Origin: Bdellovibrionota bacterium
Lineage (GTDB): Bacteria; Bdellovibrionota_C; UBA2361; OMIW01
Assembly (NCBI GenBank): GCA_044345055.1
Contig: JBIJBT010000065.1
Coordinates: 1-15,982 of the forward strand
Reading direction: 5' to 3'
DNA length: 15,982 bases
Below, piece by piece: positions 1 through 8,614 of the stretch. The notes beneath the pieces were generated by a model. The model had not been told where the DNA came from. It was given only the letters and a program-made list of their open reading frames with translations, and searched no databases. A program made the translations under genes and the position numbers. Position 1 is the stretch's first letter. The number at the start of each line of letters is the position of its first letter.

Positions 1-1
1 A

Positions 2-166
2 AGGATCACCTGCACCGGCAGCAAAAGTTCAGCAAATGGAATGATCATCACCAGCTCGCGCGGAACAGCCGTTGCCCGCATCTCAGGTGCCCAAAAAGGG
101 ATGTGGTGCCGAGCAAAGAACGTCTCGGGGCGAGCTATGACCAGCAATCGGGTGCTGCTGCGATGA
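2..166 (+). CDS. Possible 3' end of a CDS entering from the left edge (hypothetical protein)
   Basis: The frame starting at base 2 is open to TGA at 164-166 (RITCTGSKSSANGMIITSSRGTAVARISGAQKGMWCRAKNVSGRAMTSNRVLLR*) and converges on the next gene. No motif recognised. Confidence 0.35.
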   Translation, partial: RITCTGSKSSANGMIITSSRGTAVARISGAQKGMWCRAKNVSGRAMTSNRVLLR

Positions 167-304
167 TGGGGGTGGAATTTCTACTCTGCCCGAACTCCTG
201 CCTGGATCAAACACCTTCGCAATGAATTATTAATTTTCCGGCTCCAAAAATCTTTAGCTCAGAGGTATGGAGGTGCTAGGAGGTCGAGGCGGTGGAGATG
301 TTAT

Positions 305-1678
305 CTAACCCCGCTTAGCCGCTAACTGACCGCAGATCAAACTCTGCGTTCTACCAACTAGAGCCCTTCTATTCTTTTCGTCTGAGCCGGCTTTATCAGG
401 GTCAAGCCCATTGTGGAAAGCCGATATCACATATTTTTTGTTGCCTACCTGCACAACCGCAACATCTGCCATCAGCCAACTTACGACACCACATTTGCCA
501 GCTACTCTTCCCGATGTTCCAAAGATATTCTCAGATGATTTAAGGCTTCCTTGAGCAATTCCTGCAACAGAATCAGATGCCGAAAATAATTTCTGCATCG
601 AACTGCCAACCTCGATAGCCGAGCTTTGGTTTTTCTTATTCACAGGATGAGAATATCCCTCTGGCATTGACAGATAGCGATTAAACTCCGTTGTTTTGTA
701 ACCCATTTTCCGAAATTTTTGATTTATCGCTGCACCTGGTCCTCCGAGTTTCTCAACAAGAATGTTAGTTGCGGTGTTATCTGAGTCTTTTAACATCCGG
801 TTTAAAGCTTCCCCGACAGTCAATCTTTCGTTAAGTTTTCCGTCAGTTTCGGATTTTGTTCTCGAGGTTACCGTTAGATTATCGTGCAAATTCAACCTTC
901 CCTCGACAATTTCCTTGCGAATTGCCTCAGCAACTAAGAGTTTGATTGTTGAAGCTGGTCCTTGAATCAACTGTTGCCCGTTTCGCTCCGATATCACCTT
1001 ACCCGACATATCCATTACAGCGATGTTCGTCGCTCCTGTTTGCCTCATTATTCGAGCGAGATCTAAAGGCGAAGTCCGCCCATCTCCTGTCGTCTGCCGC
1101 CCCGCAGTGGGCTGAGATGAAGAAGATGAGCTTGGCGGTGGCGTTTTGCTTTTTTGCTCACTTTTTTCGATCTCTCCCTTCGCTTTGTCGAAGAGAGCCT
1201 TGAGCGCTGCTCCTTGTCCCCGGTCCGTTAAATCGGCCAACTTTACCCCTGTTTCGGCCTTTTTTCCCGATTTTTTTTCTCCATCAATCTTCTCAATCCA
1301 CCTTTCCCCTACCACATCCTTCGGATCCCCACTCTTTGGATCGAAGCGAAACACCACCGTCTCTCTATTTTCACCAACCTTGCGAGAGACCACGCCTATC
1401 AGCTGTACGACCTCGCCTCGTTCGTTTTTGTGCTGAAGGAGAGCAACTTGAGCATCAGCATTTTGCTCCACTACCGTCGTCCTATCAGAGTAGGCGCCGA
1501 ACTTAACAATCGGAGCTCCATCCTTCATGAAGAGGCCTATCGTTCTTGGAGCGGCCTCGGGGCGTGTTGCGGACGATGATGTCGCTGGAGGGGTCGGCGA
1601 TGCTGGAGGTAAGGTGCTCGATGTTGAAGTTTGGCTTCCGGCTACCGGCTGAGAGGGAACTACTGAACTTTCTGACAT
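305..1678 (-). CDS. Serine hydrolase, class A beta-lactamase fold (PBP-A-like) with a ~210-aa N-terminal extension
   Basis: The C-terminal half has SxxK (PASTIK), SDN (DSDNTATN) and a KTG-like motif (AGKCG). The omega-loop position equivalent to Glu166 is Leu (FNRYL). GGAG lies 5 nt before the ATG at 1678, which is preferred over GTG at 1681. Confidence 0.8.
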   Translation of the reverse strand: MSESSVVPSQPVAGSQTSTSSTLPPASPTPPATSSSATRPEAAPRTIGLFMKDGAPIVKFGAYSDRTTVVEQNADAQVALLQHKNERGEVVQLIGVVSRKVGENRETVVFRFDPKSGDPKDVVGERWIEKIDGEKKSGKKAETGVKLADLTDRGQGAALKALFDKAKGEIEKSEQKSKTPPPSSSSSSQPTAGRQTTGDGRTSPLDLARIMRQTGATNIAVMDMSGKVISERNGQQLIQGPASTIKLLVAEAIRKEIVEGRLNLHDNLTVTSRTKSETDGKLNERLTVGEALNRMLKDSDNTATNILVEKLGGPGAAINQKFRKMGYKTTEFNRYLSMPEGYSHPVNKKNQSSAIEVGSSMQKLFSASDSVAGIAQGSLKSSENIFGTSGRVAGKCGVVSWLMADVAVVQVGNKKYVISAFHNGLDPDKAGSDEKNRRALVGRTQSLICGQLAAKRG

Positions 1679-2158
1679 CACGACTCCGAATAAATTCTCA
1701 CCTGACCAAGATTATCAAGAAGGGCTGCAAATAGCCCTATCGGTCCACCGTCTTCAATTCCCAGCCTTTCCTCGATTGGCCAGTAGGCTTTGACAATAAA
1801 TTTGACGCCCCTGTAGCAGATGGATATGTGGAAAAATGGAGAAAATGTAGCTTTCCGATCGGTAGGGCGAGTTGCCTCAAATTAAAAGACATTGAAGAGT
1901 CGGTTTTTAGCCGACCCTCTGGCTCTCCATCCTTCAAAGGAATAGAGGTGCTAGGTGATTCGTTACGGCTCGGACCGACCTCCATCCCCCACAAACCTAC
2001 GCGCCACCACCAAACACCCAACCCGAAGCCAGTGGCTCTCAATCACCTTTTTAGACCAGTCAACCGAGTCCCTTTGAGCCCATAAAAACTTCGCTCCCAC
2101 CAAAATTCATCCTATCGGCTGAAATAACCTTGTTACGCCCGAATCACTCATAATATAC

Positions 2159-2194
2159 TACCTTATATTCACTTGTTTGAATGAATATAAGGTA
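2159..2194. promoter_or_regulatory. 13-bp perfect inverted repeat upstream of hipB, candidate operator
   Basis: TACCTTATATTCA (2159-2171), 10-nt spacer, TGAATATAAGGTA (2182-2194), in the AT-rich region ~135 bp upstream of the hipB start. Confidence 0.45.
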
Positions 2195-2327
2195 TCACTT
2201 TCATTGTTGCTTGCTCTTAATCGATACTTTACGAGCCAGTAATAGCTCGAAATTGGCCCTTTTAAAGATTTTTTAGCTCTAACTGATCCATCCTCCTGAT
2301 TTAGACCTTCTATCTTCACTCAAACGA

Positions 2328-2594
2328 ATGAAAAATTCCAAAGAAACCACTATCTCGGGGCCGGTGAAGATACTGGGGGAGGCGATTCGGTCGGAGCGAC
2401 GGGCTTCTAAACTCTCTCAAACACAGCTGGGTCACCTTTCAGGTGCTGGACTCAACTTCGTCTCACAGCTCGAGAGGGGGAAGACTACGGTACGTTTTGA
2501 TATGGTGCTTTCAATACTCGATGCGCTCGGATTAGAGATCAGAATTGCTCGAGGCAAAGGGGGAATAATTATTGACGAGGAGTTGCGCCGATGA
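2328..2594 (+). CDS. hipB: HipB-like XRE-family helix-turn-helix antitoxin
   Basis: 88 aa with XRE HTH pattern IRSERRASKLSQTQLG...VSQLERGK. ATGA overlap (2591-2594) with the downstream HipA gene. Confidence 0.88.
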   Translation: MKNSKETTISGPVKILGEAIRSERRASKLSQTQLGHLSGAGLNFVSQLERGKTTVRFDMVLSILDALGLEIRIARGKGGIIIDEELRR

Positions 2595-3835
2595 AGCTGG
2601 AGGAGCTCAAAGGGGTAGAGTCTCTCATCGTTTTTCAAGGTGATCGGCCTGCAGCAACCCTTACCCGCACCGAGCACGGGTCTCAGTTTGCCTATCGTGA
2701 TGATTTTCTCACAACGTTGTCGCCAACCGACCGTGGAATTGCAACTACTCTGCCGCCGAGCAAGACGCCACTATCGGTGGTAGGCGATAATGTGCCTCCT
2801 TTTTTTGCAGGACTACTCCCAGAGGGGGCGCGGCTCTCAGCGTTGATAAAAATCCTCAAGACATCAGCATCGGATATGTTCACTATGCTCGCTGCAACGG
2901 GAGATGATTGCGTTGGCGACATCTCGGTTTCTCCCGTTCGAGAATCTCCACTTTCTCCTGATACCTCGCAGATTCACGACCCAACCGCATTCAGCGAGGT
3001 TTCGTTTGAGGAGCTTTTTGAGAGAAGTATTAGTGCTGAAGATATTTCGTGGCGCAGATACGATCCCGGATTCCCCGGAATGTTTCCAAAACTCTCTTCG
3101 CAGGTTTTCTCTTTTCCCGTTCGTCTGCGCCGTTCTCGATATATCGTAAAGCTCGGTGTTCCCGAATATCCGCACCTAGTCCGCAACGAGCATTTCTTTA
3201 TGAAAATGGCGGCTGGGTGCAAAATTATTGCGGCGAATACAGCTATCGTCACTGATAAAAATAATCGGGAGGGATTGTTAGTTTCCCGATTTGACAGACG
3301 TTATGATCCGCTCGGAAAAAGATTCGAGAAGTTTCATCAAGAGGACGCGTGTCAATTTTTAAACCGCTATCCACACGATAAATACCGACTCTCTCTTCGA
3401 TCGATAATGGAGAGAATAGAACACCACGCATCTGCTCCTCGAATTGAACTTTTGCGACTGCTCGAGGTTATCGCATTTTCTTATATCATCGGAAATGGCG
3501 ATCATCACGCGAAAAATATAAGTCTACTTTGGCACGACAACCGCGTCGCACTCTCACCTGCGTACGATCTCCTCTCCACGCTCCCTTATGGTGATAACCA
3601 CATGGCTCTTAAATTGGATGGTCGAGATGCCCATCTCAAGAGAGCACATTTTATCGAATTTGGCGGCCGATTTGGCCTATCTCCGAAAGCACTCACCGTG
3701 ATGCTTGATCGACTAATTGGTCGCGCAGCAAAGTGGATACCTCGAATTACTGAGATTGGTTTTGAACCGAAAATTGAGCGATTTCTGATGCAGGAGATGA
3801 AAAAGAGGATGGATCTACTTAGCGGGGAAAACTAG
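2591..3835 (+). CDS. hipA: HipA-family Ser/Thr kinase toxin
   Basis: N-terminal HipA segment (PPFFAGLLPEG, DCVG) and kinase motifs YIVK, NEHFFM, RFDR, HQEDACQ, GNGDHHAKN (catalytic Asp) and LSPAYDLL. Confidence 0.93.
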   Translation: MKLEELKGVESLIVFQGDRPAATLTRTEHGSQFAYRDDFLTTLSPTDRGIATTLPPSKTPLSVVGDNVPPFFAGLLPEGARLSALIKILKTSASDMFTMLAATGDDCVGDISVSPVRESPLSPDTSQIHDPTAFSEVSFEELFERSISAEDISWRRYDPGFPGMFPKLSSQVFSFPVRLRRSRYIVKLGVPEYPHLVRNEHFFMKMAAGCKIIAANTAIVTDKNNREGLLVSRFDRRYDPLGKRFEKFHQEDACQFLNRYPHDKYRLSLRSIMERIEHHASAPRIELLRLLEVIAFSYIIGNGDHHAKNISLLWHDNRVALSPAYDLLSTLPYGDNHMALKLDGRDAHLKRAHFIEFGGRFGLSPKALTVMLDRLIGRAAKWIPRITEIGFEPKIERFLMQEMKKRMDLLSGEN

Positions 3836-3837
3836 AC

Positions 3838-5856
3838 CTAAAAAGCCAACAGCTCCTCCATCACCCGATCAAACCTACCCACTGGCAAATATATCCGTTC
3901 CAACGCTGGTGCAAACGGGACCGGAGTATCAAGAGACGCGCAGCGCATTACGGGGGCGTCTAGCATTGAGAAGCAGTGTTCTCCGATCCAGGCGGCGATT
4001 TCGCCCCCAAAACCGGCAAAAAGCGATGCTTCGTGGAGGACGACGACGCGACCGGAGAGCTTTACCGCTGCGGCGATGCTCTCGTAATCAAGAGGAACGA
4101 GGGTGCGAAGATCTAGTATCGTGATTCGGCGATCGGGATTGCGTGCGGCCCAGTCGAGAGCCCAATGAACTCCCGCGCCGTAGGTGATAACGGTGGCGTC
4201 GGTGCCCTCTGATACGCGAGCAGCAACTCCAAGAGGGAGGGTGTAGTACCCTTCCGGAACGGGGCCCTCAATGCGTCGGTACAACGCTTTATGTTCGAAG
4301 AACATCACCGGATTTGGCTCGGCGAGGGAGGCAAGGAGGAGCCCTTTTGCATCGAACGGATTCGAGGGATACACCACCTTGAGCCCTGCGGTTTGAGCGA
4401 ACCACCCCTCGGGCGTTTGCGAGTGAAAGGGACCTGCGGCAGTACCGCCACCACACGGTAATCGCACGACAACCCGTACTGGTTCACCCCACCGGTAGTG
4501 AGTTTTTGCGATGTTATTGACCACCTGAGTGAAGCCCGAGCTGACAAAATCAGCGAACTGCATCTCAACGACTGCTCGATAGCCCGCGATTGAGAGCCCG
4601 AGCGCGGCGCCGAGAACGGCTGATTCGCATAGTGGAGTATTCCGCACTCGATCGCCGCCGAACTCCTCGAGAAAGCCCTTGGTTATCTTGAACGCTCCGC
4701 CATACTCAGCGATATCTTGCCCCATCAATATAATGCGCTCATCACGATGCATCGCCTCACGCAACCCCGCGGAGACCGCGTCGATAAAGCGCCGCTGGAC
4801 GACCGGTTGCGTTGGCATTACGGGCGGTTGTTCAGAGGGAGCAAAAACATTGCTGAGCTCGTGCTCCTCAGAGATGACGGCTAGCGGAGTTGGGGTAAAT
4901 CCTATCTCAATCTGCTCATCGATGTGTTGTGTAATTTCATCCCGAATGCTCTTCATCACCTCGTCAGCGATACCGCCCGTCCGAAGCTCATCCTCAAATT
5001 GAATAATAGGATCGTATTTCTTCCACTCAACAAAAAGCTCCGGGGGAACATACGCGACTCCCGATGCCTCCTCATGACCGCGCATCCGGAAGGTCATGCA
5101 CTCGAGTAAAACGGGGCGGGGATTTTTGCGCATCTCTGCGACGAGCTTATTGACCTGCTGATAGACAGCGAGAAGATTATTTCCGTCGACCTTTACTCCC
5201 TCGATGCCATACCCGCACGCCCGTTCCGCGAGCGATTCGCACCGATATTGTTGAGCCGTCGGTGTGGAGAGAGCATATCCATTATTTTCAATTACAAAGA
5301 GAACAGGCAGATCCCAGACCGATGCAAGATTGAGCGATTCATGGAAATCACCCTGGCTGGTTCCACCTTCGCCGGTAAATACCGCCGCGATGCCCGTTGC
5401 GCCCCGCAGCTTCTCCGCTAACGCCGCGCCCGTTGCAACCGCGAGCTGCGGACCAAGGTGAGAGATCATTCCGATGATGTTGTGTTCCTGCGAACCAAAA
5501 TGGAACGACCGATCGCGCCCCTTCGTAAATCCCCCCTCATCTCCCTGAAACTGCCGAAACAGCCGCCATAACGGCACACCGCGGCTCGTAAAGACGCCAA
5601 GATTCCGATGCAGCGTAAAGATTCGATCGCTCGGTTCAAGCGCTGCCGTGATGCCGACGCTAATTGCTTCCTGCCCAATTCCAGAGAACCATTTACTCAA
5701 TTTTCCCTGACGAAGCAGCAACAACATCCGCTCTTCGACGAGCCGCGGCGTGAGCAGGAGGCGATAGAGATGGCGAAGGGTATCGGCTGATAGCGAACCC
5801 TCGCTCTGACTCGATGGCCGTTTGCGATTGCGAGCTGATTTGTTCAGATTATTCAT
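3838..5856 (-). CDS. 2-oxoacid (probably branched-chain, 2-oxoisovalerate) dehydrogenase E1, fused alpha+beta subunit
   Basis: Alpha part: GQEA, TPP-binding GEGGTSQG...ENNGYA, RMRGHEEA. Beta part: GQDIAEYGGAF, NTPLCE, EMQFADF, GPFHSQ, FEHKALY, DLRTL. Strong SD AAAGGAG upstream of ATG 5856. Confidence 0.92.
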   Translation of the reverse strand: MNNLNKSARNRKRPSSQSEGSLSADTLRHLYRLLLTPRLVEERMLLLLRQGKLSKWFSGIGQEAISVGITAALEPSDRIFTLHRNLGVFTSRGVPLWRLFRQFQGDEGGFTKGRDRSFHFGSQEHNIIGMISHLGPQLAVATGAALAEKLRGATGIAAVFTGEGGTSQGDFHESLNLASVWDLPVLFVIENNGYALSTPTAQQYRCESLAERACGYGIEGVKVDGNNLLAVYQQVNKLVAEMRKNPRPVLLECMTFRMRGHEEASGVAYVPPELFVEWKKYDPIIQFEDELRTGGIADEVMKSIRDEITQHIDEQIEIGFTPTPLAVISEEHELSNVFAPSEQPPVMPTQPVVQRRFIDAVSAGLREAMHRDERIILMGQDIAEYGGAFKITKGFLEEFGGDRVRNTPLCESAVLGAALGLSIAGYRAVVEMQFADFVSSGFTQVVNNIAKTHYRWGEPVRVVVRLPCGGGTAAGPFHSQTPEGWFAQTAGLKVVYPSNPFDAKGLLLASLAEPNPVMFFEHKALYRRIEGPVPEGYYTLPLGVAARVSEGTDATVITYGAGVHWALDWAARNPDRRITILDLRTLVPLDYESIAAAVKLSGRVVVLHEASLFAGFGGEIAAWIGEHCFSMLDAPVMRCASLDTPVPFAPALERIYLPVGRFDRVMEELLAF

Positions 5857-5940
5857 GGGTCCCCTCTCCTTTCAAACGGCCACCGAACGAGCTCATTTTG
5901 ATAATCATCCAAATTGTCACTAGGATGTGTCAACATAATC

Positions 5941-5986
5941 TGTGGTATAGGTTCATATTATCATGATATTATGCGCCTATATTACA
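5941..5986. promoter_or_regulatory. 46-bp imperfect palindrome in the divergent E1/AAA promoter region
   Basis: TGTGGTATAGGTTCATATTATCA|TGATATTATGCGCCTATATTACA has 18 of 23 positions Watson-Crick symmetric, with a perfect core TATCATGATA. Confidence 0.45.
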
Positions 5987-6023
5987 TAAAATCATCTTAC
6001 CCTATCGCGATAATCACCACAAA

Positions 6024-7163
6024 ATGTCGTATAAACGAACACTTAACCTCCCGAACCTCCTATCGAAGAAGAGCTTCTTTCTCTTAGGCCCTCGCGCCAC
6101 GGGGAAGAGCACTTTAATAAGAATGCAGCTTCCCGAGGCGCACGTTTTTGATCTTCTTGATCGCGCCACCTTTCGCCGATTACTCGCCGACCCGTCATTG
6201 ATCGGACAGACCCTCACAGATGGACCGGTCGTCATCGACGAAATTCAAAAGCTTCCCTCTCTGCTCGACGAGGTCCATCGGCAAATCGAAGCAAAAGGGC
6301 TGCATTTTCTTCTCACCGGCAGTAGCGCTCGGAAACTGCGGCGGGGTGCAGCCAATCTGCTCGGCGGAAGAGCATGGACGGCGGAGCTGATGCCGTTGAC
6401 CTATGCCGAGTTAGATGACTTTGAACTGACCCGATACCTCACCCGCGGTGGACTGCCTGTTGCCTATCAAAGTGATCATTGGTGTGAGGAGCTCGACGCT
6501 TATATTGGCACTTATCTACAGGATGAGATCCTAGCGGAGTCAGTGACCCGGAATATCGACGCATTCTCGGAATTCCTCTCCCTTGCTGCTCGCTCGAATG
6601 GCGAAGAGGTTAATCTTCAGAACTTCGCCAATGATTGTGGGGTCAGCCAACATACGATTAAGAGTTACTTTCAGATCCTCACCGATACTCTCATCGGCTT
6701 CCCCCTGCCAGCGTACACCAAAACAACTCGCCGCAAAGCGATAACGAGGCAGAAGTATTTTCTGTTTGATCTGGGAGTTCGCAATCGACTTTGCGATATT
6801 GGGCCTATTTCGCCAAAAACGGATTCGTTTGGCCGAACTTTTGAGCACTTTATCATGATGGAGCTGCGAGCCTTTCGCTCGTATAATCGGCTCAAGTTTT
6901 CCCTTCAGTACTGGCGCTCAACCTCTCAATTCGAGGTCGACGTCGTCATCGAGGGAAAGCTTGCGATCGAGCTCAAAGCAGTCAGTCAGATTATGGATAA
7001 ACATCTCAAGGGATTAAGAGCGCTCAAGGAAGAGGGGAAATTTCCCCTATATATCGCGGTTTCTTGCGACCCCGAAATACGGCGTACCGATGATGGCATT
7101 CTCATCTATCCGTGGCAGCAATTTCTCGAGGACCTGTGGTCTCGGAAGCTCCCGGGATTATAG
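6024..7163 (+). CDS. AAA+ ATPase (AAA_14) with C-terminal DUF4143 and a PD-(D/E)xK-like motif
   Basis: Walker A GPRATGKST, Walker B VVIDEIQK, LLTGSS, GGLP, KYFLFDLG and C-terminal YWR...EVDVV...IELK. Confidence 0.88.
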   Translation: MSYKRTLNLPNLLSKKSFFLLGPRATGKSTLIRMQLPEAHVFDLLDRATFRRLLADPSLIGQTLTDGPVVIDEIQKLPSLLDEVHRQIEAKGLHFLLTGSSARKLRRGAANLLGGRAWTAELMPLTYAELDDFELTRYLTRGGLPVAYQSDHWCEELDAYIGTYLQDEILAESVTRNIDAFSEFLSLAARSNGEEVNLQNFANDCGVSQHTIKSYFQILTDTLIGFPLPAYTKTTRRKAITRQKYFLFDLGVRNRLCDIGPISPKTDSFGRTFEHFIMMELRAFRSYNRLKFSLQYWRSTSQFEVDVVIEGKLAIELKAVSQIMDKHLKGLRALKEEGKFPLYIAVSCDPEIRRTDDGILIYPWQQFLEDLWSRKLPGL

Positions 7164-7170
7164 CCTAACA

Positions 7171-7201
7171 GGGGCGATAATAGTGGTGATACATTCGCCC
7201 C
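7171..7201. terminator. Possible hairpin or terminator between the convergent AAA ATPase and dehydrogenase genes
   Basis: GGGGCGA (7171-7177) and TCGCCCC (7195-7201) form an inverted repeat just after the AAA stop. The loop is large and there is no U-tract. Confidence 0.25.
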
Positions 7202-7308
7202 GAGACGTCATCGCGCTAAGCTCCCCACTCCGCAGACTGGCCATCTCTGAAATTTCGCCATAGTCCAGACAAAATTGGCTAATTGAGAAAAAACTAACGA
7301 GCTTTCCT

Positions 7309-8544
7309 TCACCCCGCCGCCACATCCGCCCGATTAAAAATGGATCGCAACGCGCGATAGCGACCGGCGATTGATGGTTCAACACCAGCAGAGCGAGCAA
7401 TCTCGAGGATCTCCTTAGTTCCTGCGCGCACCAATTTGCGGGTAAGATCCTTTGCCTCTTTTACTTTTGCTCTCGTTTTTACGTTCTCTTCTGGAGTTAC
7501 CGGTGAACTCATCTCGACAAACGCGGCGATAATTCCCCCGGCGTTAACGATGAAATCGGGCAGCACAAGAACACCCCGTTCAAAAAGCGCCGTGCGCGCC
7601 TCTGCAGTGCATGGATTATTAGCACCCTCGACGATCCGTTTCGCCTGAATTTGCCCAACATTCGCCCCAGTGATGACTTCTTGAACCGCGCTTGGGAAGA
7701 GGATATCAACCGGCTGATACAGAACGGCATCAAGAGGCGCGATGCTTCCTTCGCTCTCAAGCAACGCCTTTGTTCGCTCCCACTCACCGAATGCAATCGC
7801 CTCAACTAGCGCTGGCGACGCGCCTCGGTCAAGAAGATAGCTCCCTCCAATTCTCGGATCCGAAACAGCGCGCAGATCGCCCCCTGCTTCACTAAAATAG
7901 CGAACCACCGCAGCTCCCATCGCGCCGAGCCCCTGAACCGCGAAAGTTGTTCCAGCGACCGGCACCCCTTCAAACTCAAGCGCCGTCACCGCGCTCTCAC
8001 TCACCCCAAGCCCCGCGATCCCTTCGCGATCGTAATCGGTGCCTCCCATCTCAACCGGCTTACCAGTAAAGCACCGGGTTGATTTGAGCTGATCGCACGC
8101 CCAGAGCGCCTGCTGCGGAAACCCGCCGATATCAAAGCCAAACCCACCAAAAATGCCGCCCCTCTCAACAAGAACAGGCGCAACAAGCTCGACAAAGCGC
8201 CGGTACCGTTGTTCAAACCCAGGCGACAACGAATCGTCCCGCATCCCTGATTTTGCGCCCCCAAGCGGCAATCCCGCCGCCGCATTTTTCAGCGCCATAA
8301 TACGCGCGAGCATTTTGATTTCATCAAGAGTCGTCGTCGGCGTGATACGCGTCCCCCCTTTTCCAAATCGCCCCAAAGGTCCCCCCTCAGCGGCAAGCGT
8401 CGTCCACACAACAACATACCCCTCAACACCAAGCTCCGGATCGCGAACGGTCAATTCAAGCTCAGGAGAGAGCGCCGCAAAACGGTTCTCGAGATCAGCA
8501 AGTTTTTCGAGGAGCGCTGCTTTGGTGAGGGTTGTGGTGGTCAT
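7309..8544 (-). CDS. Glu/Leu/Phe/Val (ELFV) dehydrogenase family protein, atypical
   Basis: KGGTR, MALKNAAAGLPLGGAK, FDIG, TGKP, Rossmann VQGLGAMG, EGANNP and PDFIVNAGG. Start placed at ATG 8544 (MTTTTL), with GGAG 10 nt upstream, rather than TTG 8625. Confidence 0.87.
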   Translation of the reverse strand: MTTTTLTKAALLEKLADLENRFAALSPELELTVRDPELGVEGYVVVWTTLAAEGGPLGRFGKGGTRITPTTTLDEIKMLARIMALKNAAAGLPLGGAKSGMRDDSLSPGFEQRYRRFVELVAPVLVERGGIFGGFGFDIGGFPQQALWACDQLKSTRCFTGKPVEMGGTDYDREGIAGLGVSESAVTALEFEGVPVAGTTFAVQGLGAMGAAVVRYFSEAGGDLRAVSDPRIGGSYLLDRGASPALVEAIAFGEWERTKALLESEGSIAPLDAVLYQPVDILFPSAVQEVITGANVGQIQAKRIVEGANNPCTAEARTALFERGVLVLPDFIVNAGGIIAAFVEMSSPVTPEENVKTRAKVKEAKDLTRKLVRAGTKEILEIARSAGVEPSIAGRYRALRSIFNRADVAAG

Positions 8545-8614
8545 ATGGGGGGTACTCCAGGACAAGATGAGAGTTGGAAGGAGATGAGGAAACAAGGGTA
8601 CTTCAATCCCCTCA

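Noticed and set aside
305..1000. Functional class A beta-lactamase (resistance gene)
   Set aside because: It lacks the Glu166 equivalent and a signal peptide, and has KCG instead of KTG.
1737..2085. ORFs 1737-2042 (-) and 1828-2085 (+)
   Set aside because: They overlap each other, have no recognisable motifs and no convincing start context, so they are probably intergenic DNA.
246..2273. 11-bp inverted repeat AAAAATCTTTA (246-256) / TAAAGATTTTT (2263-2273) as transposon ends
   Set aside because: It is low-complexity and AT-rich, with no transposase or target duplication, so it is compatible with chance.
7163..7210. Integron attC site (GCCTAAC right after the AAA stop codon)
   Set aside because: No matching GTTRRRY closes the hairpin, and there is no integrase or other attC site in the window.
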